From Polyangiales bacterium (GTDB lineage Bacteria; Myxococcota_A; Polyangia; Polyangiales; Houyiibacteriaceae): a DNA stretch of 64,000 bases. The translations under genes were made by a program, and so were the position numbers. Within the stretch, counting starts at the first letter, position 1; every line of letters begins with the position of its first letter. Positions 1 through 8,452 of the stretch are shown piece by piece. The stretch is taken from contig JBGCFM010000041.1 of the NCBI GenBank assembly GCA_045106895.1, positions 10,585 to 74,584 on the forward strand. The letters run 5' to 3'. The notes under the pieces are model-generated. The model ran no database searches, was not told the origin of the DNA, and saw only the letters and a list, made by a program, of their open reading frames with translations.

Positions 1-1898
1 CGGCCCTTCGCGCGCTCCGTGACCTTGGTCTCGAAATGGTGGAGACGTACGCGCCGTGGGGCGTTCATGAGACGGCTCCGGGCGTCTTCGACTTCGGCGA
101 AACGGATGAGCGCAAAGACCTCGGCGCATTCATCGACATGGCGGATGAGGAAGGCCTCCTCTGCTTCGTCCGCCCAGGCCCCCACATCAACGCCGAGCTC
201 ACCTACTTTGGACTGCCAGAGTGGATCGTGGATGACCCCGCAATGCAGGCGCGCACGCCGCGGAACAATCCCGTCGTGCTCTTCTTTCCGCCGCGTATGT
301 TCGCGGTGCCGAGCCATGCGTCGAACGCCTACCACGACGCCGTCGCTCAGTGGTACGCCGCCGTCGGCGCCGTGGTCGCTCCACGCCTGTACCCAAAGGG
401 CCCAGTCGCGCTCCTCCAGGTCGACAACGAAGCCGGCTTCTTCTTCCGCAACGGACCCTTCTGCCAGGATTACCATCCGGACTCTTTGGCGCTCTGGGAA
501 GAGTTCGTCGCACAACGCTACGGCGGGAGCGAAGAAGCCGCTCTTGCCTTCGAGCAAGACACGATTGCGCCCCCGCACTCCTTTGGCAGCGGCCACTGGG
601 GCGAAGAGCCTAGCGCCGGCGAGTTCCGCCGGCAGCTCGCGTGGGCTGAGTTTCAGGAGCACACGCTAACCACGGCGATGAGCCGCATGAAGAAGTCCAT
701 GCAGCGCGCCGGAATGAAGGGCGTGCCGATTCTTCACAACGTCTCACTCGGCGAAGGCGGCCTACCCGTGAGCGTTCCGGCCCTGGACCGAAACCTCGAT
801 CTTGTCGGTCTCGATTACTACCATCCAGCCCGCGACCACGACGCTATCAAGCGCCGAACGCTCTACCTCGCCGGCACCTGCGACCTCCCCTACGCGCCCG
901 AGCTCGGCGTGGGAGCGCCTCCTTGGTTTACGCCGCTAGCGCACCGAGACTCGCTCTTCTGCGGAATGGCGGCGAGCGCCTACGGCTTGCGCGGCTTCAA
1001 CCTGTACATGACCGTCGACCGCGACCGGTGGTACGGCGCCATCATCGACACCGCAGGGCGCACACGTCAGGAGTCCGTCGACTGGGCGCGCTTTCTCGCG
1101 GCCCTTGAGCGAACCGGCTTTCACGAGCTCACGCGCCGGGCCTCCGTTGGGCTGGTCGTCCCGCGCGAGTACGGACGACTCTCCCGCGCCACCCATACGC
1201 TCGGCGCAGTGAGCCCAGCAACCCTCGAAGCCATGGGGGGCGGCCCCACCGATGGCTGCAGGCGAGACACCCTCGGTCTTGGCACGCCCGTTCAGGTGCG
1301 GTGGTGGGAGGCGCTGGAGCGCGTGTCCGAAGCGCTCACGAACGCGGGCGTCTCCTACAACTACATCGACTCCGAGGCCTCAGCGAAACACTGGCGTGGC
1401 TACGATGTCCTCTATTCGCCCACCTTCCGCTTCGCCAGCCCCAAGCGCTATGCTTCGCTCAGGCGCTCAAGCGAAAAGGCGCGCGTCATCATTGGGCCCG
1501 AACACCCATCTCAGAACCACGAGTTCAACGACGAGGACTTCGGCGAAAAGCTCGCGTGCCTCGACGTCTTCGACGAACGCGCTCTCCAAGCTGCCGTTGT
1601 CGACTGGGTCGCTCGCTACTCCGCGGCGCGCCCTTACGCCACCACGCCGCCCCTCGAGACCGAACTCCACGTCGACGGTGACCGCGATGCGGTGCTCTTC
1701 GTCATCAACCCGACCAGCGACGCCCGGGATGCGGAGATCAACTTGCCAGCACCCACGCTCGCCCGAGACCTGCTCAGCGCCGAAGAGTTTCAGGGTGACT
1801 CGGTTTTGAAACTGCGCGTGCCAGCTTTCACTGTGCGGCTCCTGGAACTTGAACCGCAACGACGCAACGACGCCCCAAGCGCACGGAGGAAGCGATGA
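1..1898 (+). CDS. Glycoside hydrolase family 35 (beta-galactosidase-like), 5' end outside window
   Basis: The frame is open from nt 3 (ALRALRDLGLEMVETYAPWGVHE), so the ATG at 36 is probably internal. ETYxPWxxHExxPGxFDF and VRPGPHINAELTYFGLPEW resemble GH35 N-terminal motifs. The stop overlaps the next ATG (ATGA at 1895-1898). Confidence 0.8.
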   Translation, partial: ALRALRDLGLEMVETYAPWGVHETAPGVFDFGETDERKDLGAFIDMADEEGLLCFVRPGPHINAELTYFGLPEWIVDDPAMQARTPRNNPVVLFFPPRMFAVPSHASNAYHDAVAQWYAAVGAVVAPRLYPKGPVALLQVDNEAGFFFRNGPFCQDYHPDSLALWEEFVAQRYGGSEEAALAFEQDTIAPPHSFGSGHWGEEPSAGEFRRQLAWAEFQEHTLTTAMSRMKKSMQRAGMKGVPILHNVSLGEGGLPVSVPALDRNLDLVGLDYYHPARDHDAIKRRTLYLAGTCDLPYAPELGVGAPPWFTPLAHRDSLFCGMAASAYGLRGFNLYMTVDRDRWYGAIIDTAGRTRQESVDWARFLAALERTGFHELTRRASVGLVVPREYGRLSRATHTLGAVSPATLEAMGGGPTDGCRRDTLGLGTPVQVRWWEALERVSEALTNAGVSYNYIDSEASAKHWRGYDVLYSPTFRFASPKRYASLRRSSEKARVIIGPEHPSQNHEFNDEDFGEKLACLDVFDERALQAAVVDWVARYSAARPYATTPPLETELHVDGDRDAVLFVINPTSDARDAEINLPAPTLARDLLSAEEFQGDSVLKLRVPAFTVRLLELEPQRRNDAPSARRKR

Positions 1899-2920
1899 TT
1901 TCCGCGGACCTTCGCGTGGAGGGTTTTGACACCCCTTCTTGGACTCAGCTTATCTCTCTGTTCATGCCGGGGCTCGATGAGCGTCTCGCTGACCACGTGG
2001 AAGGCGCTCGCGGCACGCTCACCCTCGTCGAGGACACCGAGCGGACTGTCCTCACCGCCATCGACAGCACCCGGGGACCGGTACATTCACTCTGCGGCTG
2101 CTTGGTGGACGACCTCGAGCAAATGGCGTTGAACCACTCCGTGCGGCGCGTCGTCGTCCTTCGCGCCGGCACAATGGAAGAGCTCTCCGAGCGTCTTGGG
2201 CTCTCGGCACGAGTGAGTGACGACTATGTCAGTCAGATGCTTGGGCTCCTTCGTGCTGTGCGCGGTGCGATGGACGCCGGCCACATTCGTCTCTGGCCTA
2301 ACCCTTTCGCCAACGTGCCGATTCCGCCACCTGGCGCCTTCGCTCGTGCGCTCGACATTCTGCTGCCACGTGACCGCGCGCTTCTCGTCATGCTCTTCAA
2401 GCCGGGCACCAGCCCCGCGCAACTCGCCACGGCGGCCGCTGTGCGCCGTAACCATGAAGGCGATATCGATCTCCTTGCGGGTCCTGACCTCTTGCGCGCT
2501 TGGGCCGGCCCCACGGGTGGCGACTGGCAGCGTGACTATCGCGTGTACGTCGACGCCGTCTCCCGCAACGTCGCCGAGGTTCACATGGGCATCTTCTGCG
2601 AGGTCCCGACACTCGAGGCGCTCCTGCGACGCGGCGGAGACCCCGGCGCCTGGGCCGCCGAGACCGCCACTCGAAACATGATCATCAGCCCGGTCCCCGC
2701 AGCCGTCGCCGTCGCCGTCGGCGCCGACGCCCTCCGCGGCGTTGGGCGCGCATCCGCCAAGGCCCTCGGCGGCTTCGACTTCGCCGGCCGTCTCTTGCCC
2801 CTCGCGTCCCAGATTCGCTCTCGGTGGCTCGCCGCGCGTACCGTCACCGACGAACTCGGCTTTGATCCACTTCGTGTCTTGGCGACGTTCCTGCGGCGCG
2901 ACGACGCCTCCGACGACTAG
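1895..2920 (+). CDS. Hypothetical protein (341 aa), translationally coupled to the GH35 gene
   Basis: Long ORF with G/C-rich third codon positions and an ATGA overlap with the upstream gene. I recognise no motif. Confidence 0.6.
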   Translation: MISADLRVEGFDTPSWTQLISLFMPGLDERLADHVEGARGTLTLVEDTERTVLTAIDSTRGPVHSLCGCLVDDLEQMALNHSVRRVVVLRAGTMEELSERLGLSARVSDDYVSQMLGLLRAVRGAMDAGHIRLWPNPFANVPIPPPGAFARALDILLPRDRALLVMLFKPGTSPAQLATAAAVRRNHEGDIDLLAGPDLLRAWAGPTGGDWQRDYRVYVDAVSRNVAEVHMGIFCEVPTLEALLRRGGDPGAWAAETATRNMIISPVPAAVAVAVGADALRGVGRASAKALGGFDFAGRLLPLASQIRSRWLAARTVTDELGFDPLRVLATFLRRDDASDD

Positions 2921-2927
2921 GACTTCT

Positions 2928-3620
2928 TCACCCGCCGTCGAAGGCAAACCCGAGGGTCGTGCGGATGCCGACGTCGACGAGCGAACGGCGCACTGCGGGG
3001 AGATACGAAGCGCCTCCCGTCGCGCCCAAGCTGATCTGAAGCGCGCCGTGCGCCGTCTCGTGGTTCATCATCAAACCGAGTTCCGCTTCGACGCCAAACC
3101 CGAAGCGCGTCGGCTCTGCTCCGCGCGCGACGACGAACCCCGGCGCGAAGCTCGCGTAGGGACGGAACATCTCATGACGACGAGCGATGAATCGCCACTC
3201 GAGGGCCGTGCGGTACTCGTCCTCCTCCGCAAAGTGCGTGAAGTCGAAACGAAAGCCGACGGAGCTCCAACCTAGTTCGGCAACGATTCTTGCGCCGGCG
3301 ACGACGCCCATGCCGCCAGCGGTCTGGAGCACGCGGCGCCGGATGCCCGTGATAAGGGAAAGCGCCGGCCGGCTCGAGCTCCGGTTTTGGCGCACGAGCC
3401 GCAATTGAACGGGCGGCGGCGGCGATATGTAGATTCGTCTCTCGACGGTGCGAACCGTGTTCAAGCGGACTGGATTTAGGCGAACCCGCGGGTCTCGCAC
3501 TTGCTCGCAGCAGGGGGAGCGATCCGGAACGAATAGATAGCGATCTGGCTGCGCGTCGGCTTTGGGCGATGCGGCGAGTAACGAAAAACCAAGAGCGAGA
3601 GCGAATAGGACACGGGACAT
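2928..3620 (-). CDS. Secreted hypothetical protein, possibly an outer-membrane beta-barrel-like protein
   Basis: The internal ATG at 3620 is preceded by GGAGGTGGAGG. The N-terminus MSRVLFALALGFSLLAASPKADA is a signal peptide. The C-terminal half has alternating Gly/aromatic/hydrophobic strands and ends LGFAFDGG. Confidence 0.6.
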   Translation of the reverse strand: MSRVLFALALGFSLLAASPKADAQPDRYLFVPDRSPCCEQVRDPRVRLNPVRLNTVRTVERRIYISPPPPVQLRLVRQNRSSSRPALSLITGIRRRVLQTAGGMGVVAGARIVAELGWSSVGFRFDFTHFAEEDEYRTALEWRFIARRHEMFRPYASFAPGFVVARGAEPTRFGFGVEAELGLMMNHETAHGALQISLGATGGASYLPAVRRSLVDVGIRTTLGFAFDGG

Positions 3621-3749
3621 TCTTTGGTACCTCCACCTCCCAAACGCCTCCGGCGCTGTGCACTTACACCCCTCTTCATAAAACGCAGGGCGTGATTTCT
3701 CCGCGAATTCAGGCATTTGCAGTACTACTGAAAACTTGTCCCTGAAAAT

Positions 3750-3778
3750 TTGACTCGTTGTTCAGCAGTCCCTATGGT
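3750..3778 (+). promoter_or_regulatory. Putative sigma-70-type promoter of lexA (TTGACT-17 nt-TATGGT)
   Basis: TTGACT at 3750-3755, an exact 17-nt spacer, and TATGGT at 3773-3778. It lies in an unusually AT-rich intergenic island about 85 nt upstream of the lexA ATG. Confidence 0.45.
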
Positions 3779-3806
3779 TCTCAAGCTGTTCATTGTAGCA
3801 GTGAAC
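3777..3806 (+). promoter_or_regulatory. Candidate LexA operator(s): GTTC-N7-GTTC direct repeat plus GTTCA-N9-TGAAC inverted repeat
   Basis: GTTC(3777-3780)-TCAAGCT-GTTC(3788-3791) overlaps the putative -10 element. GTTCA(3788-3792)-N9-TGAAC(3802-3806) follows directly. This position fits autoregulation. Confidence 0.4.
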
Positions 3807-3860
3807 ATAATTTCAGCACGGCAGCTCTTTCTGGGTCGCCACCAACTCCCGCGGAACCCC

Positions 3861-4526
3861 ATGCAGCAACTCACCGAACGTCAGCGCGCCGTCCTCGAGT
3901 ACATCGAATTCTCCATTCAGGACCGAGGTTACCCGCCCACGTTGCGCGAGATCGGCAACCACATGGAGCCGCCCATCAAGAGCACGAACGGGGTGAACGA
4001 CCACCTTCGCGCCCTTGAACGCAAAGGCTACCTCACGCGTGAGGACATGAAGTCCCGCACGCTTCGCCTGCTCCGCACACCCGATGGCGAGCCCGTGGGC
4101 GCGGCCTCGTCGAACAACGACGACGACGACATGATCGCGATTCCTATCTTGGGTCGCGTAGCCGCCGGCGCGCTCACGGAAGCCATCGAGCACCCGGAGG
4201 ACACGGTCAAAGTCGACCGCATGCTCATCGGGCGAGGCAAAGACGTCTTTGGTCTTCGCATCGTTGGTGAGTCGATGATCGAAGCGGGCATCCACAACGG
4301 CGACTACGTCTTCGTGCGCAAGCAGCTGACCGCGCGGAAGGGCGACATCGTCATCGCCCTCGTCGAAGGTGAAGCGACTTGTAAGTACTTCTACCCAGAG
4401 CCGGATCACATTCGTTTGCAGCCCGCGAACTCCACGATGGAGCCGATCCTTGTATCCAAGGAAGACTGGCGTACGACTCAAGTCCTCGGCATCGTCGTCG
4501 GCGTCTACCGGAAACTCGAATCTTGA
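3861..4526 (+). CDS. lexA: LexA repressor (S24 autopeptidase)
   Basis: MQQLTERQRAVLEYIEFSIQDRGYPPTLREIG is the winged-helix N-terminus. VAAG is the cleavage site, GESM carries the catalytic Ser, and ATCKYF carries the Lys. The start is moved to the ATG at 3861 because the upstream part of the listed ORF does not look protein-like. Confidence 0.92.
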   Translation: MQQLTERQRAVLEYIEFSIQDRGYPPTLREIGNHMEPPIKSTNGVNDHLRALERKGYLTREDMKSRTLRLLRTPDGEPVGAASSNNDDDDMIAIPILGRVAAGALTEAIEHPEDTVKVDRMLIGRGKDVFGLRIVGESMIEAGIHNGDYVFVRKQLTARKGDIVIALVEGEATCKYFYPEPDHIRLQPANSTMEPILVSKEDWRTTQVLGIVVGVYRKLES

Positions 4527-4801
4527 AGGCGGTCTGGAACGGAGCCACCCTCGCCGACTCCGACGACATCGTGACCGTCGAAGGAAACGCGTACTTCCCT
4601 CGCGCCTCGCTCGTGAGTGAGCACTTCGAAGCCAGCACGCACACCACTGTGTGCGGCTGGAAGGGGACGGCGAACTACCTCAGCGTCGTCGTCGGCGGTG
4701 AACGCAACGACAACGCCGCGTGGTTCTACGACGCGCCCAAAGAAGCCGCCTCGGAAATCGCCGGACGCGTGGCTTTCTGGAAGGGCGTCACCGTCTCATA
4801 G
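4523..4801 (+). CDS. DUF427 domain protein
   Basis: The whole 92-aa protein (VEGNAYFP, TVCGWKGTANY, AAWFYDAP, GRVAFW) matches my memory of DUF427. ATGA overlaps the lexA stop. Confidence 0.8.
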   Translation: MKAVWNGATLADSDDIVTVEGNAYFPRASLVSEHFEASTHTTVCGWKGTANYLSVVVGGERNDNAAWFYDAPKEAASEIAGRVAFWKGVTVS

Positions 4802-4809
4802 TTGGGGGT

Positions 4810-6408
4810 TCACCGGCGTCCTACTCGGCGCCGCCAGGCGAAGCCTAAGAGAAGAACAAGCCCCCACGGAGAAGGCGCGCTCTCGCCGCCAACCCCACAA
4901 CGCGAGCATCCCGATCCGGGAGGCAGCGTCGGCGGTGGCGGGTCAGGCTGTTCACCGGACGGCAGAGTGTCCGAAGACGCGCCAAGCTCCGGAAGCGGCC
5001 CGTCAAGCATGGCCCCAAGGCCGAGGCCTGACGACGGAGGCGCCGCAAACGCAAGGCCGGCGGCGGCGTACGCGCCCGCGTTCACGTCTTCGCTGCCCGG
5101 AGGTCCTCCCCAACGGCCCCGCTGTGGGTTGTGGCATTCAACACCACCTTCCCATTCGTGAAGAATCGCGTAGCGCGCCTGAAAGTTGTTGTTGCCGTAA
5201 GACTCGACTCCTGGGATCAGGTTTCCGTCTCCGTCCGGAGTCCCGCGCCCACCGGTAATGGGGGGAGCCGTACGAAAGACGAGGTCGTCGCCGACGGAGG
5301 TTGCGTCGTAACGCATATGCAGACGCGTGACGACGAAGTCGTTGGTAAAGCCCGTCGGGACCATGCCGCGACGGATGCTGCGCGCGTACGTCGGTGTCAC
5401 GTCGGCACCGAGGGTAACGATGATGTCTTCGTCGAGGACTGGACCGGGACACGGATCACAGCTCCCTGCACCCCATGCGTATTCGGTGAGCACTGCGCGA
5501 CTGGACCCCTCACTCGCCCGTTCGAAAAGCGCGTCGTAGAACGCACCGAAGTGCTCGCGAGCGATGGGCGACACTCGAATATTCGTGGGGATCGCGTAGT
5601 TGTCGTAGTTCGCTACTTCGAAACGGTTTCCGCGCGCCAACACGTGGACGATGACGTCTTGGGGTCCATCTGCGTTGAGTAAGCCAAGGCGAATGGGCAG
5701 AGAGAAGACCTCCGCGTCGTAGTAGAAGCGCAGCGGGCTAAGCACGGCGCGGCCCTCCTCGAAGGACACCCGCTCCGGGCGAACTTTCGCCACGAAGAAG
5801 CGCATTCCGCCTTGGACGTAAGGTCGCAGCGCGGATTCCGCGCCGGGCGGGATGCGGTAGTCGTGGGCGAGGAGCCAGCGCTCCAGGCCGTCGGAGTCTC
5901 GGGCGCCAAGGATCTCGATCTCGTATTCGCCAACGGCAAACTGCGCCTCGACGGTAACCCCATAGTCCTCCGGCTCTTCGTAGTAGGACTCATCGTCGGT
6001 CTCCGTCCGCTCCGCCACGCCGGCGAGGGCTATGTCCTCGTAGTCGTATGATGCCCTCTGCATGCAGGGGTCCTGCTCCCAGTATTCGACGAGGCGGGGC
6101 GCGGTCATCGTATCGAGACGTTCAAAGACATCCCGCGGCAACGTGCGCACCTGCTCTTCGGACAGAACCTCTGGAACCGGGATGATCAGCGCGAAGTCCT
6201 CCGGGGGGCCTTCGTAGTCGTTCTGCATGGAGACGATGGTGCGGGTTCCGTCACGCATCAGAACGACGAGACTTCCTCGGTTCTTCGGCGCCGTCGCGCC
6301 GCTCACGTAGAAACCGCAGAACGCCTGTGCTGTGGACTGCATACACAACGAGCCGGCGAGAAGGAGCGAAGAGGTCGCAGCGAGCGAAAGTTGGTGCTTC
6401 GTGAGCAT
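4810..6408 (-). CDS. Secreted DUF2330-like protein with MYXO-CTERM-like C-terminal sorting tail
   Basis: Signal peptide, then CGFYVSG. The body is acidic. The C-terminus GSGCSRCGVGGESAPSPWGLVLLLGFAWRRRVGRR has the layout Gly/Cys motif + hydrophobic helix + Arg cluster. Confidence 0.8.
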   Translation of the reverse strand: MLTKHQLSLAATSSLLLAGSLCMQSTAQAFCGFYVSGATAPKNRGSLVVLMRDGTRTIVSMQNDYEGPPEDFALIIPVPEVLSEEQVRTLPRDVFERLDTMTAPRLVEYWEQDPCMQRASYDYEDIALAGVAERTETDDESYYEEPEDYGVTVEAQFAVGEYEIEILGARDSDGLERWLLAHDYRIPPGAESALRPYVQGGMRFFVAKVRPERVSFEEGRAVLSPLRFYYDAEVFSLPIRLGLLNADGPQDVIVHVLARGNRFEVANYDNYAIPTNIRVSPIAREHFGAFYDALFERASEGSSRAVLTEYAWGAGSCDPCPGPVLDEDIIVTLGADVTPTYARSIRRGMVPTGFTNDFVVTRLHMRYDATSVGDDLVFRTAPPITGGRGTPDGDGNLIPGVESYGNNNFQARYAILHEWEGGVECHNPQRGRWGGPPGSEDVNAGAYAAAGLAFAAPPSSGLGLGAMLDGPLPELGASSDTLPSGEQPDPPPPTLPPGSGCSRCGVGGESAPSPWGLVLLLGFAWRRRVGRR

Positions 6409-6503
6409 AGGTCCTCAAGGAATACGGGGTCGAGTCAGAGCAGCGCCACTCCGACGCACCAGGTCTCAAATGGGTCTCGGGAAAATGCGCTGACCCATGC
6501 TTT

Positions 6504-7403
6504 GTGCCGATGGTAGGCTTCCGCGTGACGCGCGGGGACGTAAAAGCGGACGAAAACCCACGGTTTCCTCGAATCGCGGCGTCCTTGGCGCCGCTCTTTG
6601 CCGTCGGCGGCGTTCTCCTCTTCGCGCGGGAGCTGCGTCTCGGGCGGCTCTTTGGCGAGCCTGCCCAAGCCACGCTCACCATCACGACATTGGCCAGCGC
6701 GCTTGGCGCTGCCTCCCTCGTCGCCCTCCTCGTTCGCGGGCGGCGCGTGCACGGGCCTGTGCCTTACCCGCTCTTAGCGCTCGTTACTGTTGTCCCCACC
6801 GCCGTTGGCGCGTCGCTGCCGGGCGCCGATGCAGGACATTATGTCACCGCGCTCTGGTGTTCGGCGTGGCTGAACGGCGCCCTCGCATGGGTCGCCGTCA
6901 TCGAAGTGTTCTCGACGATGAGCAGGCGTGAGCAGAACCCCGCCCTTTGGATTTCCGCCGCCCTCGCACTGACGGCGACGGCGCTTTGTGCGTGGGTCTC
7001 CCTGGCTCTTGTTCCCTTTGCCGTGCTCGCCTGGGCGCTCCCGATGGGTCACCTCGCCCGGCCGGGTGACGCGAAAGCTGAAGGCGCGTTGCTCTCCGCT
7101 CCGGTTTTTGCCGCCGTCGCCCTATGGCTTGGCCACTGCGCGATGCTCCGCGCCGGTATCCTCACTCAACCCAGCGTGCTGACCCTCGTCGCCTGCGCCT
7201 GCCTCGCCCTCGACGTCCTTGTCGGCATTTGGGTCGTGCGGCCACGGGCGTTAGCCGGACTTCTGCCACTCGTACTCATCCTTGGCGGCTGGAGCGCCTC
7301 CGAAGGGGTGAGGTCAAAGGCGCCAGAGTCCGTGGAGGTGATTGCGCCAGCGCCCATCGACGATGGCGAAGGCCTTCGGGTCCCGTACACGCCACGAAGG
7401 TAG
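6504..7403 (+). CDS. Polytopic integral membrane protein, function unknown
   Basis: There are several long hydrophobic Ala/Leu/Val segments. The start is uncertain (GTG 6504 or ATG 6510). Confidence 0.55.
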   Translation: MPMVGFRVTRGDVKADENPRFPRIAASLAPLFAVGGVLLFARELRLGRLFGEPAQATLTITTLASALGAASLVALLVRGRRVHGPVPYPLLALVTVVPTAVGASLPGADAGHYVTALWCSAWLNGALAWVAVIEVFSTMSRREQNPALWISAALALTATALCAWVSLALVPFAVLAWALPMGHLARPGDAKAEGALLSAPVFAAVALWLGHCAMLRAGILTQPSVLTLVACACLALDVLVGIWVVRPRALAGLLPLVLILGGWSASEGVRSKAPESVEVIAPAPIDDGEGLRVPYTPRR

Positions 7404-7440
7404 CGCCTAGAAACTCATGCGAGATGTACTAGGACCCCCT

Positions 7441-7845
7441 ATGCGCTTCTTCATTCTCTTTGCACTTCTACTCTCCCTCGCGTGCTCCGGCGACCAGACC
7501 CCAACAGCTCACCCCGTGACGCCCCCGGCAAACGGTGGCGAGCCGATCGAAACCGAGGCCCCGGAAGAAGAGCCCGTCGACGCCCCCAACGAGACAGCGA
7601 ATATTGTTGTCGGGACCGACGAATGCGTCACAGACGCAGACTGCATTCCTGCAGCTTGCTGCCACGCGACTGCCTGCGTCGCCGCGGCCAACGCTCCAAG
7701 CTGCGCGGACGCGATGTGCACCCAGGAGTGCCGCTACAACACCTTGGACTGCGGCGGTGGTTGCCTCTGCCAAGGAGGCCTCTGCGCTGCGCGTCTGTCC
7801 GAGGTCCCGGCGGCGATTCGCGAATCCATGGAAAGCGCAGAGTAG
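7441..7845 (+). CDS. Small secreted Cys-rich protein (possible lipoprotein)
   Basis: MRFFILFALLLSLACSGD signal sequence. The C-terminal 60 aa contain about 12 Cys (CIPAACCHATAC, CTQEC, CGGGCLC). Confidence 0.6.
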   Translation: MRFFILFALLLSLACSGDQTPTAHPVTPPANGGEPIETEAPEEEPVDAPNETANIVVGTDECVTDADCIPAACCHATACVAAANAPSCADAMCTQECRYNTLDCGGGCLCQGGLCAARLSEVPAAIRESMESAE

Positions 7846-7858
7846 CTACGACTTCCGA

Positions 7859-8314
7859 CTAGCGTCGACCGCCGAACACCTGAGCGCCGAGGAGACCGTA
7901 GCCTCGTTCGATCTTCGCGCTCACAACCCAGGTCCCCGAAAGGTCTGGACAGAAACGTGTGTGCGGCAGATCCGCGGGCTGCGCCCTCGCTCGTACATTG
8001 GCGTACGCGTCGCGAACATCGAGTCGAATCGCTCGAACCGATGGCTCTCCTGCGGCGAGCACAATGTAGCAGTGGCCAGCTTCGACCTCGATGTTCATGT
8101 CGAGAGTGCTGGACCCACGACCACGATGTCGATCGACGTCGGAGACGGGCATCCAACCTTCGCCGTATCGACCGTGGCTTCGGCGCAACTGGCTCGCCAC
8201 GTAGTCTCTTACCTCGCCACCGACGCTAAACGCATCGGCGAGCGTCTCCGTGCTCCACGCACACAGAAGTATCGCTGCGAGAAAGAAGGGGATTTGGCGA
8301 AGGCGCAAACGCAT
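7859..8314 (-). CDS. Secreted hypothetical protein
   Basis: N-terminal signal-like MRLRLRQIPFFLAAILLCAWSTETLADA. It converges on the previous gene. Confidence 0.55.
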   Translation of the reverse strand: MRLRLRQIPFFLAAILLCAWSTETLADAFSVGGEVRDYVASQLRRSHGRYGEGWMPVSDVDRHRGRGSSTLDMNIEVEAGHCYIVLAAGEPSVRAIRLDVRDAYANVRARAQPADLPHTRFCPDLSGTWVVSAKIERGYGLLGAQVFGGRR

Positions 8315-8452
8315 GCGTCAAAGATACACGGAGATTCCCCCCGCGCTCGTTGAAAGAGTGAAGGCCCCAGCATCGCGCAACCTGCGATGGGCGTTTGGAA
8401 CCCTTGGGCTTAAGCCCTTGCAATTCGGACGTCCCCAGCCTTTCCTCGCCCC

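Noticed and set aside
3750-3766. Myxococcus-type LexA box CTRHAMRYBYGTTCAGS at TTGACTCGTTGTTCAGC
   Set aside because: The right half GTTCAGC is exact, but only about 5 of the 10 left-half positions fit. It is kept as a note within the lexA finding rather than as a feature.
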